Source: an uncultured Chloroflexia bacterium
GTDB lineage: Bacteria > Chloroflexota > Anaerolineae > JAAYZQ01
Length of the DNA: 64,000 nucleotides
Assembly (NCBI GenBank): GCA_963700285.1
Contig: CAVOXA010000001.1
Location: 320,001 to 384,000 of the forward strand
Reading direction: 5' to 3'
Shown: piece by piece, positions 1-9,439 of the stretch
Position numbering within the stretch: position 1 is the stretch's first letter
How the letters are laid out: every line of letters begins with the position of its first letter
Notes under the pieces: model-generated
Seen by the model: the letters and a program-made list of their open reading frames with translations, nothing else
Databases searched by the model: none
Told to the model about the DNA's origin: nothing
Program-made: the position numbers and the translations under genes

Positions 1-1159
1 CGAAGCAACTCTGATAGATCTTTTCGTATCCTGCCAGGTTGATGTCCCGCGGATTGCCAACGGTTTGGGGATCATCGTAGGCCAGTTGGGCCAGCATGGG
101 GATATCTTCCTGTGGGATGTTCATCTCGGACAGCGTGGGAATGTCCAGGTCCGCAGAAAGTCGCGCCACGGCATCTACGGCCAGTTCCGCCGCATCCCAC
201 ACAGGCAGCCCCCAGGTATACTCACCCAGAGCCTGGGCGATGCGCGCGTACTTTTGGGGCTCACCCATATAGTTGTAGGCCATCACCGGCGCCAGAAGAG
301 ATGCGGTCAGCGCCCCGTGGGGCAAATTGTAGTAGCCGCCTGCTGTCTGGCTCATGGCGTGCACTGCGCCGGCGCTCTCCGTGCCGTAGCTCATGCCGGC
401 CAGCATGGAGGCCATGGACATTTTATAGCGCGCTTCCTCGTTGTGTCCCTGGGCGTAGGCCAGACGCAGCCACTGCCCGATGGTCTCAATGGCCCACAGA
501 GCCACCGCATCGGGCCAGGGCTGGGCATAGCCGCAGGTGTAGCATTCGATGGCGTGGGTCAGTGCATCCATCCCTGTGCCCGCAGTGATGTGTGGTGGAA
601 GCCCCAGGGTCAGGCGTGGATCGATGAGGGCCACGTGGGCCGCGATCAAGCCGGTGCCGCCGACGTTGTACTTGATCTTGCGCTTGGGGTCGGTAATGAC
701 AGCCCACAGCGTCACCTCGCTGCCGGTGCCTGATGTTGTGGGCACACAGACGAGGGGCGGAATGCGCTTGACAATGGGCTGCGGATCTGCCCACTCAAAG
801 TCAAGGATGGAGCCGCCGTGTACGGCTACGACTCCGATTGACTTGGCGGTATCCATCGGGCTGCCGCCGCCAAAACCGATGAGGCCATCACAGCCCTCGG
901 CCCGGTAGAGTCCGGCGGCATCGTCGACCAGCTTGATCTCCGGATTGGGGACTACGCCGTCAAAGAGAACATAGTCCAGGTTGCCGGCCTTAAGGCTCTT
1001 GACCGCTTCGTCGACCAGGCCCGCGGCTACCAGTCCATCGTCTGTTACCAGCATGGGGCGTTTGCTGCCCAGCGCCTTGATCTCGTCGGCCAGACAGGTG
1101 ATGGCCCCTGGGGCGTGCTTGACCACGGTCGGCACCTCAAAAGAACGCAGATTAATCAT
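1..1159 (-). CDS. Iron-containing alcohol dehydrogenase, GbsB-like (choline dehydrogenase); 3' end runs off the window
   Basis: Not in the ORF track. Translated by hand from ATG 1159 (GGAGG RBS): MINLRSFEVPTVVKH...GGGSPMDTAK...PTTSGTGSEVTLWAVITD...DALTHAIECYT...YGTESAGAVHAMSQT...DPQTVGNPRD. Closely resembles Bacillus GbsB as I recall it. Confidence 0.85.
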   Translation of the reverse strand, partial: MINLRSFEVPTVVKHAPGAITCLADEIKALGSKRPMLVTDDGLVAAGLVDEAVKSLKAGNLDYVLFDGVVPNPEIKLVDDAAGLYRAEGCDGLIGFGGGSPMDTAKSIGVVAVHGGSILDFEWADPQPIVKRIPPLVCVPTTSGTGSEVTLWAVITDPKRKIKYNVGGTGLIAAHVALIDPRLTLGLPPHITAGTGMDALTHAIECYTCGYAQPWPDAVALWAIETIGQWLRLAYAQGHNEEARYKMSMASMLAGMSYGTESAGAVHAMSQTAGGYYNLPHGALTASLLAPVMAYNYMGEPQKYARIAQALGEYTWGLPVWDAAELAVDAVARLSADLDIPTLSEMNIPQEDIPMLAQLAYDDPQTVGNPRDINLAGYEKIYQSCF

Positions 1160-1259
1160 GATCCCAAATCCTCCATATTGAGCAGGTTTGACTATCGTAC
1201 CGGCATGATGCTTGCCGTCCACCCTAGGTGACAATGATGGCAAAAAAGAACAGACGATA

Positions 1260-2018
1260 TCAGGTCCTTTGTACTTCTTCTACTTCCTCGTACCAGCGCA
1301 TGCGGGTACCGACCCTGGCTCGCATCTTCCAGGCCATAGTTTTCGGGGCCTCATCCATGGCCATTTGCAGGGCGATCAGGCGTCTCTTGATGGTCTGCAC
1401 GTCCTCGTCGTCCAGGTCGATCTGGTCCTCATCCAAAAAGTCGCGCAACTTCTGGATGGTCATGGACACAGTGGTATAGAGCCCCCAGTCTTTGCTGCAG
1501 AGTTTGGAAATCAGGTCTGAATTGATGGTCTCCTCATCCACGGGGCCCACCCTGTGATCCAAGAGCAGGGCCAGCAGGTCGAGTATGTCCTTACGGTTTA
1601 ACTCGACGATCTGGGCCTTGGAGAGAAAGAGCTCGGCTAGAGGAATGGTCAGTGGCTCGACTTCCAACCGGTCAGCGAGGGGCAGGGTGTGGCACATGGT
1701 AAAGTCGCCGATAAAGACGTCTATCTGCCGTCCCTGTGCTTCGTCATACCAGAGCTGCCGCCTGTCGCCGCTGAGCGTGTTAAAAGTTTTGTTTGGGGTG
1801 TAGCCCATGTCCGGCAAAAAGCTGATGAGTTTCTTGGCCCCTGCTTTGTTGGTGACAAAGTCGATGTCGGGGTATTTGCGTTCTAGAGAGCGATGGCTGG
1901 CGTTGGTAGAGTGGACCTTGATGGCCAGGCCCCCGATGACGCGCAGGAAGATGACCTCTTGCTGGGCCGCGGTAATGAGACGATACATCTCGTCTTCAAG
2001 ATTGGCTAGTGTAGTCAT
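1260..2018 (-). CDS. Conserved hypothetical protein, nucleotidyltransferase-fold-like
   Basis: IGGLAI...YPDIDF (GG + DxD signature) and a later IDVF strand; GGGGAG RBS before ATG 2018. Confidence 0.65.
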   Translation of the reverse strand: MTTLANLEDEMYRLITAAQQEVIFLRVIGGLAIKVHSTNASHRSLERKYPDIDFVTNKAGAKKLISFLPDMGYTPNKTFNTLSGDRRQLWYDEAQGRQIDVFIGDFTMCHTLPLADRLEVEPLTIPLAELFLSKAQIVELNRKDILDLLALLLDHRVGPVDEETINSDLISKLCSKDWGLYTTVSMTIQKLRDFLDEDQIDLDDEDVQTIKRRLIALQMAMDEAPKTMAWKMRARVGTRMRWYEEVEEVQRT

Positions 2019-2095
2019 GGGCTCCCCTCTGTTGCCTGGCATTACCTTGGGGCAGGGAGTCAGCTCCCTGCCCCCAACAATCGTTTCTCGGATTC

Positions 2096-3745
2096 CTATT
2101 CGACGGGAATCTCCTTATAGATCTTGTCGATGTCAATCCCCTCGCGCCTGCGGTACCACTTGAAGCCCAGGTAGAGGCCGAGGGCCAGCAGGTACATGGC
2201 CAGCATGTAGATGACCGAACTGGTATTGGACAGGCCGATGCCATACAGGCCATTCGGGTCTATGAGCCACTGGTACAAGAGGTAGCCCAGGAAGGCGCCA
2301 AAGATGACGCCTGCGATGCTGATGAGGGGGACGCCCAAGATCTTGTACTTGGCGATGGGCGATGCGTTGTACAGGTCCTTCTTGATCCAGGGCAGGAGGA
2401 TAGCGGCAATAGTAGAACCTAAATAGGTAACGGCGATGACCAGCGTGGAGCACAGGGTCAATGTCTGGAAGTTAAAGATGTTCCAGGCAAAGAGGGCGGC
2501 CACGATGAGGGATGGAACCACCATCAGCACCAGCGCTATGATCGGCGTCCGTGTACGGGGGTCCACCTCGGCCACTTTTTCTGGCAGCAGGCGGTCAAAA
2601 GCGGCGGCAAAGATGACGCGGGTGGAACTGAGAAAGACCGTACCCGACCAGCCGAACCACCAGGCGCTCATGGCCAGGATGACGATGAACTGGAGTATGC
2701 GGCTGGGGGTCATAAAGACGGCCAGCAGCGCGGGGTAGGGCCAGATGGGCAGCGGAGGTACCTGCTCGGTATAACCCCAGCGATAGTTCCACCAGGCCCC
2801 ATTGGCGTTCATATACCAGTCCCAAGTGATCGTCTTCGAGATCAGCAGGAAAAAGACGGCGCCCAGGATGGTGGTACCGATCAGCGCCCAGCCCATTCCC
2901 CAGAAGTTGCGCTTGAAATCGGTCGCGCCGCGTACCTCGCCATACAGCGTCGCCCCCCAGTTGGGCCACAGGTTAAAAAAGACGATGTAGGGGATTGCCA
3001 GAAAGATGACGCCCAGCGTGCCGCCAAAGAGGGGGGCGATGGCGCCGGCTTCCTGTCCGGCAGCGACGGTCTTGTCGTAGACGTTTTCGGCGGCGTCAAA
3101 CATCTCTGGCGCCTGGGCATTCAGGCCAGCCTGGAAGGACGCGTTGTTGCCCAAGAGCAGGAAAAGCAAGACGATGGCCAACGCGACGATGCTGATCCAG
3201 AAACACCATTTCTGGATGCGGGAATACCACTTCATGCCGATGGCAATATAGATGCCGACAATGATGCACACGATCACGGCCGTGACGAACAGGCCGATGG
3301 GCGTGTTGCTGAACCAAAGCGCCGCTCCGGTGGCGCCCAGGATGCCCAACAGCGGGGTGAAAAACAACTGGCGGAGCATGTCGGCATAGAGCGGCACCCA
3401 CAGCCAGAGGATAAACCACCAGCCGGTGACGGCCAGCACAAAGCCAATGCCGCCACCTAAAATGCGGCTCTGCCAGACATAGTCCCCTCCAGCGCGGGGC
3501 ATCACGGCGATCAAGGCGGCATAGACCACCACCTCGAAGATGATGAATATCCCGCTGACGATGAGGGTAGGCATCAGCCCACCCTCAAAATAGTACATCT
3601 GGCTGAAACTGTATAGGCCCAAGGTGATGAGGTTGATGGAAAAGAAGGCGTAGATGAAGGCGTCAAAGACCGACCACGACCGCACCAGTCCCGTCGCCTT
3701 GCGCAAAAACAGACTTGTCTCCTGGCTCTTGGCTTCTTCGGACAT
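2096..3745 (-). CDS. APC-family amino acid/amine permease
   Basis: 549 aa with about 12 hydrophobic segments; FLRKATGLVR, MPRAGGDY and SRVIFAAAFDRLLP-type motifs. Confidence 0.9.
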   Translation of the reverse strand: MSEEAKSQETSLFLRKATGLVRSWSVFDAFIYAFFSINLITLGLYSFSQMYYFEGGLMPTLIVSGIFIIFEVVVYAALIAVMPRAGGDYVWQSRILGGGIGFVLAVTGWWFILWLWVPLYADMLRQLFFTPLLGILGATGAALWFSNTPIGLFVTAVIVCIIVGIYIAIGMKWYSRIQKWCFWISIVALAIVLLFLLLGNNASFQAGLNAQAPEMFDAAENVYDKTVAAGQEAGAIAPLFGGTLGVIFLAIPYIVFFNLWPNWGATLYGEVRGATDFKRNFWGMGWALIGTTILGAVFFLLISKTITWDWYMNANGAWWNYRWGYTEQVPPLPIWPYPALLAVFMTPSRILQFIVILAMSAWWFGWSGTVFLSSTRVIFAAAFDRLLPEKVAEVDPRTRTPIIALVLMVVPSLIVAALFAWNIFNFQTLTLCSTLVIAVTYLGSTIAAILLPWIKKDLYNASPIAKYKILGVPLISIAGVIFGAFLGYLLYQWLIDPNGLYGIGLSNTSSVIYMLAMYLLALGLYLGFKWYRRREGIDIDKIYKEIPVE

Positions 3746-3986
3746 TGGAACCGCTCCTTTCTACACAAGAAATGGCTAGCTGATGTAGCAACGTTGCCCG
3801 CAGGTCACGGCTGCAAACTGCGGCTGCATTCCGCATCATGGGAATGCCTCCAATCCGCTAGACAGGTCTTTTGCTGATAGGCGCCTCCTTGTCTTCTAAC
3901 CCGCTCACCGAGTTTCCCCGGCGACGTGTTGGCCTGCCCTCCCGGACAAGAACCCCCCGCAGCCCATTTTACCTTCAGGCTGAGGA

Positions 3987-4928
3987 CTAGCCAGTGGTCA
4001 AGATGTAGCTCTTGACCTTGTTGCGGGCCAGTGTGACCACTGCGCCAAGCAAGCGGCCCTGCTCGTACATGCTGCCGGGGTTGATACACAGCGTCTGACC
4101 GACCCGGATAGCCCCTTTGCCCTCGTGGATGTGCCCGTGCAAGCCCAGTATCGGCCTGTATTCCTGAATGATGTCACGAACAGCGCGACTCCCGACAGGA
4201 ACCAGGGATCTTCCCCCAAGTTTTGGCGTCAGTTCCTCATCCAACTCGGGCACGTCGTCGAGCGTCGTTCCGTACGGCGGTACGTGTAGGTTGAATACGC
4301 TGGTCCTGGGGTTCTTGAGCTGGGAGAGCATGGCATCGTAGCGGATCCTCAGCGCTTCGTCGTCCTCCTCGCGGTAGGTGTGCCAGGGAGTGATGTTGCT
4401 CCAGCCGGAACTGATCATCTCGTGGTCCCGGTCTAGTTCCATGACCTCGCCCTCGACCAATTGCACGTGCTTTGAGGTCCGGATTAGATCGTCCAGCTCA
4501 AACATATCGTCATTACCGGGCGCGACGTAGCAGCGTAGGCCGGAGCCCTCCAGCTTTTCATCGGCGTAGGCCAACCACTGCTCAGCCGTCTTGAGTACCT
4601 GGGTGTGAAAGATCTTGTCCACACTCTCAGGTTGTTCGCTGAGTTCAGCGATCTCCTCAGAGGTGGTACGGTAGGGATAGTAGCCCCGACTTTTGATGTG
4701 CTTTTCCATCTCCAGCACCTGATCTTCGCCCCTCAGGATCGACTCCTGCTCCAGTAGGACCGCTTTGTAGGTGTCACCTTTTTGATGGATGATGGGCACA
4801 ATGGCTTTGCCGGTCATGTCGCCGCCCAGGATGATGATATCTGCCCCATAGAATTTGCCGGCGCTGATGAACTTTTTCCAGCAGATATCAGAGCCGTGTA
4901 CATCGGTGGCGAAGAACAGTGTGGTCAT
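3987..4928 (-). CDS. Calcineurin-like (Icc-related) metallophosphoesterase
   Basis: Motifs DVHG, GGD, GNDD, HVPP, HGHIHE; GGAGGGAGG RBS before ATG 4928. Confidence 0.9.
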   Translation of the reverse strand: MTTLFFATDVHGSDICWKKFISAGKFYGADIIILGGDMTGKAIVPIIHQKGDTYKAVLLEQESILRGEDQVLEMEKHIKSRGYYPYRTTSEEIAELSEQPESVDKIFHTQVLKTAEQWLAYADEKLEGSGLRCYVAPGNDDMFELDDLIRTSKHVQLVEGEVMELDRDHEMISSGWSNITPWHTYREEDDEALRIRYDAMLSQLKNPRTSVFNLHVPPYGTTLDDVPELDEELTPKLGGRSLVPVGSRAVRDIIQEYRPILGLHGHIHEGKGAIRVGQTLCINPGSMYEQGRLLGAVVTLARNKVKSYILTTG

Positions 4929-4970
4929 GATCCTCCCTCCAGTTGCAGGACAGCGCCGAATTCTTGTCAA

Positions 4971-5024
4971 AGTTGAGGTTAAAGATTGAGCCTGAGCCTG
5001 AGGCGTACGCCCTTAACCTTGACT
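4971..5024. repeat. Intergenic imperfect inverted repeat with CCTGAG hexamer repeats (REP-like)
   Basis: AGTTGAGGTTAA (4971-4982) and TTAACCTTGACT (5013-5024) flank GAGCCTGAGCCTGAG. Confidence 0.5.
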
Positions 5025-5888
5025 CTACCCGGCCTTCTGTCTCTTGCGATAAGCCTTGAGATAGCGCATGGCATAATCATCGCGGCCCAGCGCCAGATCG
5101 GCGGCCAGGATATAAGACCCAACTTTGGCGGCATCGACGATGGGGCAATTCAGGCCGCGGGCAATGGCCATGGCCAGGAACACGCCGTTGATGGTCTCTC
5201 GGTCAGGAAGGCCAAAGGAGACATTGCTGGCGCCCAAGGCCAAGTTGACCCCCAATTCCTCCTTGACCATACGGATGGCTTCCAGCGTGACCCAGCCGGC
5301 CTGGGAATCAGCCCCAACTGTAAGAGCCAGGCAGTCGATGAGGATATCTTCGCGGCCGATGCCATGGGCTGCGGCCCTGTCGACGATCTTTGTGGCGACA
5401 GCCAGCCGTGCCTGCGGCGTTGGTGGAATGCCATCATCGTCCATGGCCAGGCCGATCACGGCCGTACCATACTCTGCCACCAGTGGCAGCACCCTGGCCA
5501 GGCTTGCCTCCTCACCGTTGACCGAGTTGATCAATACCTTACCGTCAGGGTTTATCTCCTTGTGTGCCGCCAGTGCGGCTGCCATCGCCACACCATCCGC
5601 CGTGTCGATGGCGATAGGCACATCTACCGTCTCTAGCACCAGTCTGACAGCTTTGGGCAGCAGGTCCGCTTCGTCGACGCCAGCGGCGCCAACATTGACA
5701 TCTAGAATGTGGGCGCCTGCCTCGACCTGGGCCAATGCCTCTTGGCGGACGATCTCCAGATCTCCGGCTGCCAGTGCGGCGGCCAGTTTCTTCTTGCCGG
5801 TAGGATTGATCCGCTCGCCGAGCATAGCGGTTGGCCGGCCGGTGCCAATGACTACCTGTTTTGCCATACCTTTGAGAATTGTATCCAT
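5025..5888 (-). CDS. Pterin-binding methyltetrahydrofolate:corrinoid methyltransferase (AcsE/MtgA-like; stand-alone MetH folate domain)
   Basis: GERINPTGKK, LDVN, IDT, INSVNG, GASNVSFGLP; GAGGAG RBS before ATG 5888. Confidence 0.85.
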   Translation of the reverse strand: MDTILKGMAKQVVIGTGRPTAMLGERINPTGKKKLAAALAAGDLEIVRQEALAQVEAGAHILDVNVGAAGVDEADLLPKAVRLVLETVDVPIAIDTADGVAMAAALAAHKEINPDGKVLINSVNGEEASLARVLPLVAEYGTAVIGLAMDDDGIPPTPQARLAVATKIVDRAAAHGIGREDILIDCLALTVGADSQAGWVTLEAIRMVKEELGVNLALGASNVSFGLPDRETINGVFLAMAIARGLNCPIVDAAKVGSYILAADLALGRDDYAMRYLKAYRKRQKAG

Positions 5889-5955
5889 GAATCGACTCCT
5901 CTCAGTCAGAATGATTGATTTTGGACAGAGCCAAAGCTGATAGCTGCTGTGATGC

Positions 5956-6600
5956 TTACAAGACAGCCTTGATCTCTCGCTGAAAGTCGGCGACATGCCT
6001 TTGCAGTAGAGTCTCGGCGCGGGCTCCGTCGCAATCCAGCAAGGCGGCGGTGATGGCTGTATGCTGCTCCATGGCCCCCCTGACGTCGCCGATGCGGTCG
6101 AGGGTTAGATGCCAGATGCGATGGCTCAAGGCGTGGAGGTGGGCAAGGGTATCGGCGAGAAACTCGTTGTCGGCGGCCTGATATATCAGCTCGTGGAAGC
6201 GTTCGTCGATATCCATCAGGGCCCGATTGTCGCCGTTGGGGATCTGCTCGAGTTCGGCGATCACGGCCCGCATCTGAGCCAACTGGTGCGGAGTGGCGCG
6301 CTCGGCAGCAAGACGGGCGCAAAAGCCTTCCAGCACCATGCGCATCTCAAAGATCTTTTGCAGGTCAGTGATGCCAATATCGGCGACGAACATGCCTCGC
6401 CTGGGGGCGGAAAGGAGGAGGCCCTCCGATGCGAGCCGCTGCAGGGCTTCACGGATGGGCGTACGCCCCAGGTGGAGGTTCTCCATCAGTGCTTGTTCAT
6501 CGATGGTGGACAGGGGGGGGAGCTCCAGAGTGATGATCTTGTGCCTGATCAGTTGATAGGCTTTGTCGCTGAGCCGCACAGGTTTCTCCTCTCTGAGCAA
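5956..6600 (-). CDS. GntR family (FadR/FCD) transcriptional regulator
   Basis: N-terminal wHTH (GRTPIREAL) plus FCD domain (DERFH...N...EQH); TTG start with GGGGG RBS. Confidence 0.9.
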   Translation of the reverse strand: MLREEKPVRLSDKAYQLIRHKIITLELPPLSTIDEQALMENLHLGRTPIREALQRLASEGLLLSAPRRGMFVADIGITDLQKIFEMRMVLEGFCARLAAERATPHQLAQMRAVIAELEQIPNGDNRALMDIDERFHELIYQAADNEFLADTLAHLHALSHRIWHLTLDRIGDVRGAMEQHTAITAALLDCDGARAETLLQRHVADFQREIKAVL

Positions 6601-6731
6601 GTCCCCCTACAGCAGGCTTCACTGCCCCGACTGGATCCCAGTTCTGCAAAAAGAGACGTTGTGCCAGCGAACCCAGTCAAGCACTGGGGTGAAGCGCTTG
6701 GAATACTCTAAATATATTCACAATACATTCC

Positions 6732-6761
6732 TAGTATACCATACATTGCTGAGGTTGTCAA
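6732..6761 (-). promoter_or_regulatory. Sigma70 promoter of the GntR operon with an overlapping candidate GntR operator
   Basis: Minus strand TTGACA (6761-6756)-N17-TATACT (6738-6733). Near-palindrome TAGTATACCA (6732-6741) resembles FadR-type TnGTnnACnA sites; flanking ATACATT direct repeats. Confidence 0.7.
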
Positions 6762-6882
6762 GTACAAATGACGGAAGAATCCAAGGCTGAACCGGTCTGA
6801 GAAGCAGGTCCAGACTGGTCATGGCCACGAAATGGCGAACTGGGTCGGGCCCGGGGAAGTCGGGCAAGGTTGACGAACCAGG

Positions 6883-7560
6883 TTAGGTGGCGCCATACAC
6901 TTTGAGCAGATCGACCCTGGCCTGTGGCGTAACCAGCAGGACGTTGTCCCGGATGTTCTCCAAGTGGTTCTGTACCTTCCCTTGCCCGATTCCAGGTGGC
7001 GCATAGGCCGTAAAAAGAACACTGTGGGTCTCAAGAGTGATCTGGGTCCGCAGGTCGGGTCCGTAGAGTACACTGGAAAGGATACCCTGCGCATCGGCGA
7101 TCATCATGTCACCCGCCTTGAGCTGTTGTTCCTGGCCATTGATCCGGACGAATCGTTCGCTGCCGTCCGCCACGTCGATGCCTGCCGGCAGTTGGACCGC
7201 TGCCAGATCGTGTCCCGCTGTCAACAGCAAATCCTGCAGCTCAGCCATGAACATGGCTTCTACCAGAGCTGCGACGCGGGGGATCGATTTCCCCTTGAGG
7301 ACGACCGACTCGAGCTGTAATTGGAGGTGGTAGGTCTTTTTGAACTGTCTGTAGAAGGCATGGTAGGCCTGTAACACGGGCAGACTTTTCAGCTCCGCTC
7401 TGTCATAGCCGGCATAGCGGGCTCGCAGTTGTTCCTCCAGATCTGCCTTCTTCCGTTCGAGGCCAGGATGCTGGCTGGGGTTGGCAACGTCGCCTATGGC
7501 CAACACACCGACTGCAGCTCCCGGGTAAGTTGTCTTCCACTTTTCCGAAACTGTGAACAT
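6883..7560 (-). CDS. Stand-alone B3/B4 domain protein (PheRS beta editing-domain-like)
   Basis: AYHAFYRQF, GHDL and D..GILS motifs; GGAGG RBS before ATG 7560. Confidence 0.8.
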   Translation of the reverse strand: MFTVSEKWKTTYPGAAVGVLAIGDVANPSQHPGLERKKADLEEQLRARYAGYDRAELKSLPVLQAYHAFYRQFKKTYHLQLQLESVVLKGKSIPRVAALVEAMFMAELQDLLLTAGHDLAAVQLPAGIDVADGSERFVRINGQEQQLKAGDMMIADAQGILSSVLYGPDLRTQITLETHSVLFTAYAPPGIGQGKVQNHLENIRDNVLLVTPQARVDLLKVYGAT

Positions 7561-7609
7561 CGCACACCTCCAGTGCTCCATCCAGTAGTTGGTATTGGGA
7601 TGGAGTCGG

Positions 7610-8239
7610 TTACGCTTCTTCCCGCTGGGCCAAGATCTGCAGCCACTTTGGATAGCCGTAGGAATCCTGGAACGGCAGTGGAGGTGGGCCGGTTGCCCCA
7701 AGGAGTTGTTCCGCCGCAAGTGAAAGGTGCCCTTGTAGATTGGCCTCGCCGCCAAAGGCCTCGAAGCCGAGAGTCCACCATTCGCTCCCTGATACACGGA
7801 TGCTTGTCAGCTCCAGGTCACACCCCTGGTCTGGGTACTCAAGGGCAGGCATGGCAATCAGTTTCCTGTCAGCAGTGATGCGGTATCTCGACAGCTGACG
7901 CTCCTTGCGGACGCCAACCCAACCCGACGCTGGCACTGTCATGCCGGCAAGATCGCTGGCCTCGCTGGCGAGAGCAAAGCTCCACTTGCGCCAGTGTTCT
8001 ACCATGCCAATCACCCGTTCCTGGAGGCGTACGGCTCCCAACTGGCGTTGGCGTTGTTTGACTTCAATCCGCCCCTCGCGCAGCTTGATGCCGAGCGAGT
8101 CGCCCTCGGAAATTCGGAGGTAATGGTCCACCCTTGGCAATGGTTCCGCAGGCTCGCCTCCGCTCCCATAGAGCCACGACAGGACATCCGGGGGCACTGC
8201 ACCTTTGAAGAACCACCTCACCTCCAGCGTCGCGATCAT
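7610..8239 (-). CDS. Hypothetical protein, CYTH-like
   Basis: Starts MIATLEVRWFF; D.YL, GIKLREG, E.W.KW, KER, ELT, WWTLGFEA pattern. Confidence 0.6.
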   Translation of the reverse strand: MIATLEVRWFFKGAVPPDVLSWLYGSGGEPAEPLPRVDHYLRISEGDSLGIKLREGRIEVKQRQRQLGAVRLQERVIGMVEHWRKWSFALASEASDLAGMTVPASGWVGVRKERQLSRYRITADRKLIAMPALEYPDQGCDLELTSIRVSGSEWWTLGFEAFGGEANLQGHLSLAAEQLLGATGPPPLPFQDSYGYPKWLQILAQREEA

Positions 8240-8351
8240 GCAGTCTCGATCCAGTTTCGAGTCGGGTTGTTCCTGCAGGACGGCGGCAAAACTCTCCACC
8301 GCACGAGCCAGCGAACTGTGGACGGCTGGCGGCTGGGCCACGATCTGCCTC

Positions 8352-9410
8352 CTAGAAGCGCGGGGTACCGGATTGCGCCTCGACAGCAATCTCTCGCACG
8401 ATGGCCAGGGTTTCCCCAATCTGAGCTGACGAAACATCCAGATGTGTCACGGCGCGCGCCTGCGAACCGCCTATGACTGAGACGCGCGCTCCGCGGGCTA
8501 TCAGCAACTCGTTGAATTGCTCTGCCGTCAGGCCCAGCCCACCCACGTCAAAGAAAACCAGGTTCGTGTCAACCGGTTGAACTTTGATCCCCTCTACTTC
8601 GTCTAGGCCCAGGGCCAACGTCTTGGCGTTGGCATTGTCCTCAGCGAGACGCTCGACATGGTGCTGCAGGGCATAGACGGCACCCGCAGCGATGATGCCG
8701 GACTGGCGCATTGCTCCCCCGAATAGGTGTTTCCAACGCCAAGCTTCTTGGATGAAACTCTGGGAGCCTGCCAGCGCGGCCCCAACGGGAGCCCCCAACC
8801 CCTTGCTAAAGTCGATCCAGACCGAGTCAAAGGGGGCGGCATATTCCCTGGCCGGGATGCCGGTAGCCACCACGGCGTTGAACAGGCGCGCCCCATCCAT
8901 GTGTCGCCCCAGGCCGTGTTCCTCAGCCACGGCGCAGACCTCCTGGATCGTCTCCAGCGGCCAGATGGAGCCGCCGCCTAAGTTGGATGTCTGTTCAACC
9001 ACAATCAGTCTGGAGCGAGGATGGTAGTTGCTGGGTGGGCGGATTGCCGTCCTGAGCTGCGCCGCGGAGAACACGCCTCGCTCTCCGGGGAGGGGATAGG
9101 CCAGAGCCCCGCAGAGCGCCGCCGGGCCGCCTGTCTCAAAGTGCCTGGTGTGCCCTGTCTCGTCCATGATGATTTCGTCACTGGGCTGACAATGGACGCG
9201 CAGCGCGATCGCGTTGCACATCGTACCGGACGGCAGGTATACAGCGTCTTCTTTGCCCAACAAGTCGCAGACCATTTCGACGAGCTGGTTTACGGTCGGG
9301 TCTTCCCGCTTTTGCTCGTCACCCACTTTTGCTGTGGCCATATAGTCCCGCATGGCCGGTGTCGGGCGCGTGGCAGTGTCGCTTGAAAGATCGATGCGGA
9401 TTTCGGGCAT
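8352..9410 (-). CDS. ltaE: Low-specificity L-threonine aldolase family (PLP)
   Basis: DLSSDTAT, PSGTMCN, HMDGARLFNA, SKGLGAPVG. Confidence 0.85.
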   Translation of the reverse strand: MPEIRIDLSSDTATRPTPAMRDYMATAKVGDEQKREDPTVNQLVEMVCDLLGKEDAVYLPSGTMCNAIALRVHCQPSDEIIMDETGHTRHFETGGPAALCGALAYPLPGERGVFSAAQLRTAIRPPSNYHPRSRLIVVEQTSNLGGGSIWPLETIQEVCAVAEEHGLGRHMDGARLFNAVVATGIPAREYAAPFDSVWIDFSKGLGAPVGAALAGSQSFIQEAWRWKHLFGGAMRQSGIIAAGAVYALQHHVERLAEDNANAKTLALGLDEVEGIKVQPVDTNLVFFDVGGLGLTAEQFNELLIARGARVSVIGGSQARAVTHLDVSSAQIGETLAIVREIAVEAQSGTPRF

Positions 9411-9439
9411 TAAAAGTCCACCTCCCTGGCAGCAATGGC

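Noticed and set aside
65-1181. Plus-strand ORFs listed at the window start
   Set aside because: They are antisense to the real minus-strand Fe-ADH, which the ORF track missed because it runs off the edge.
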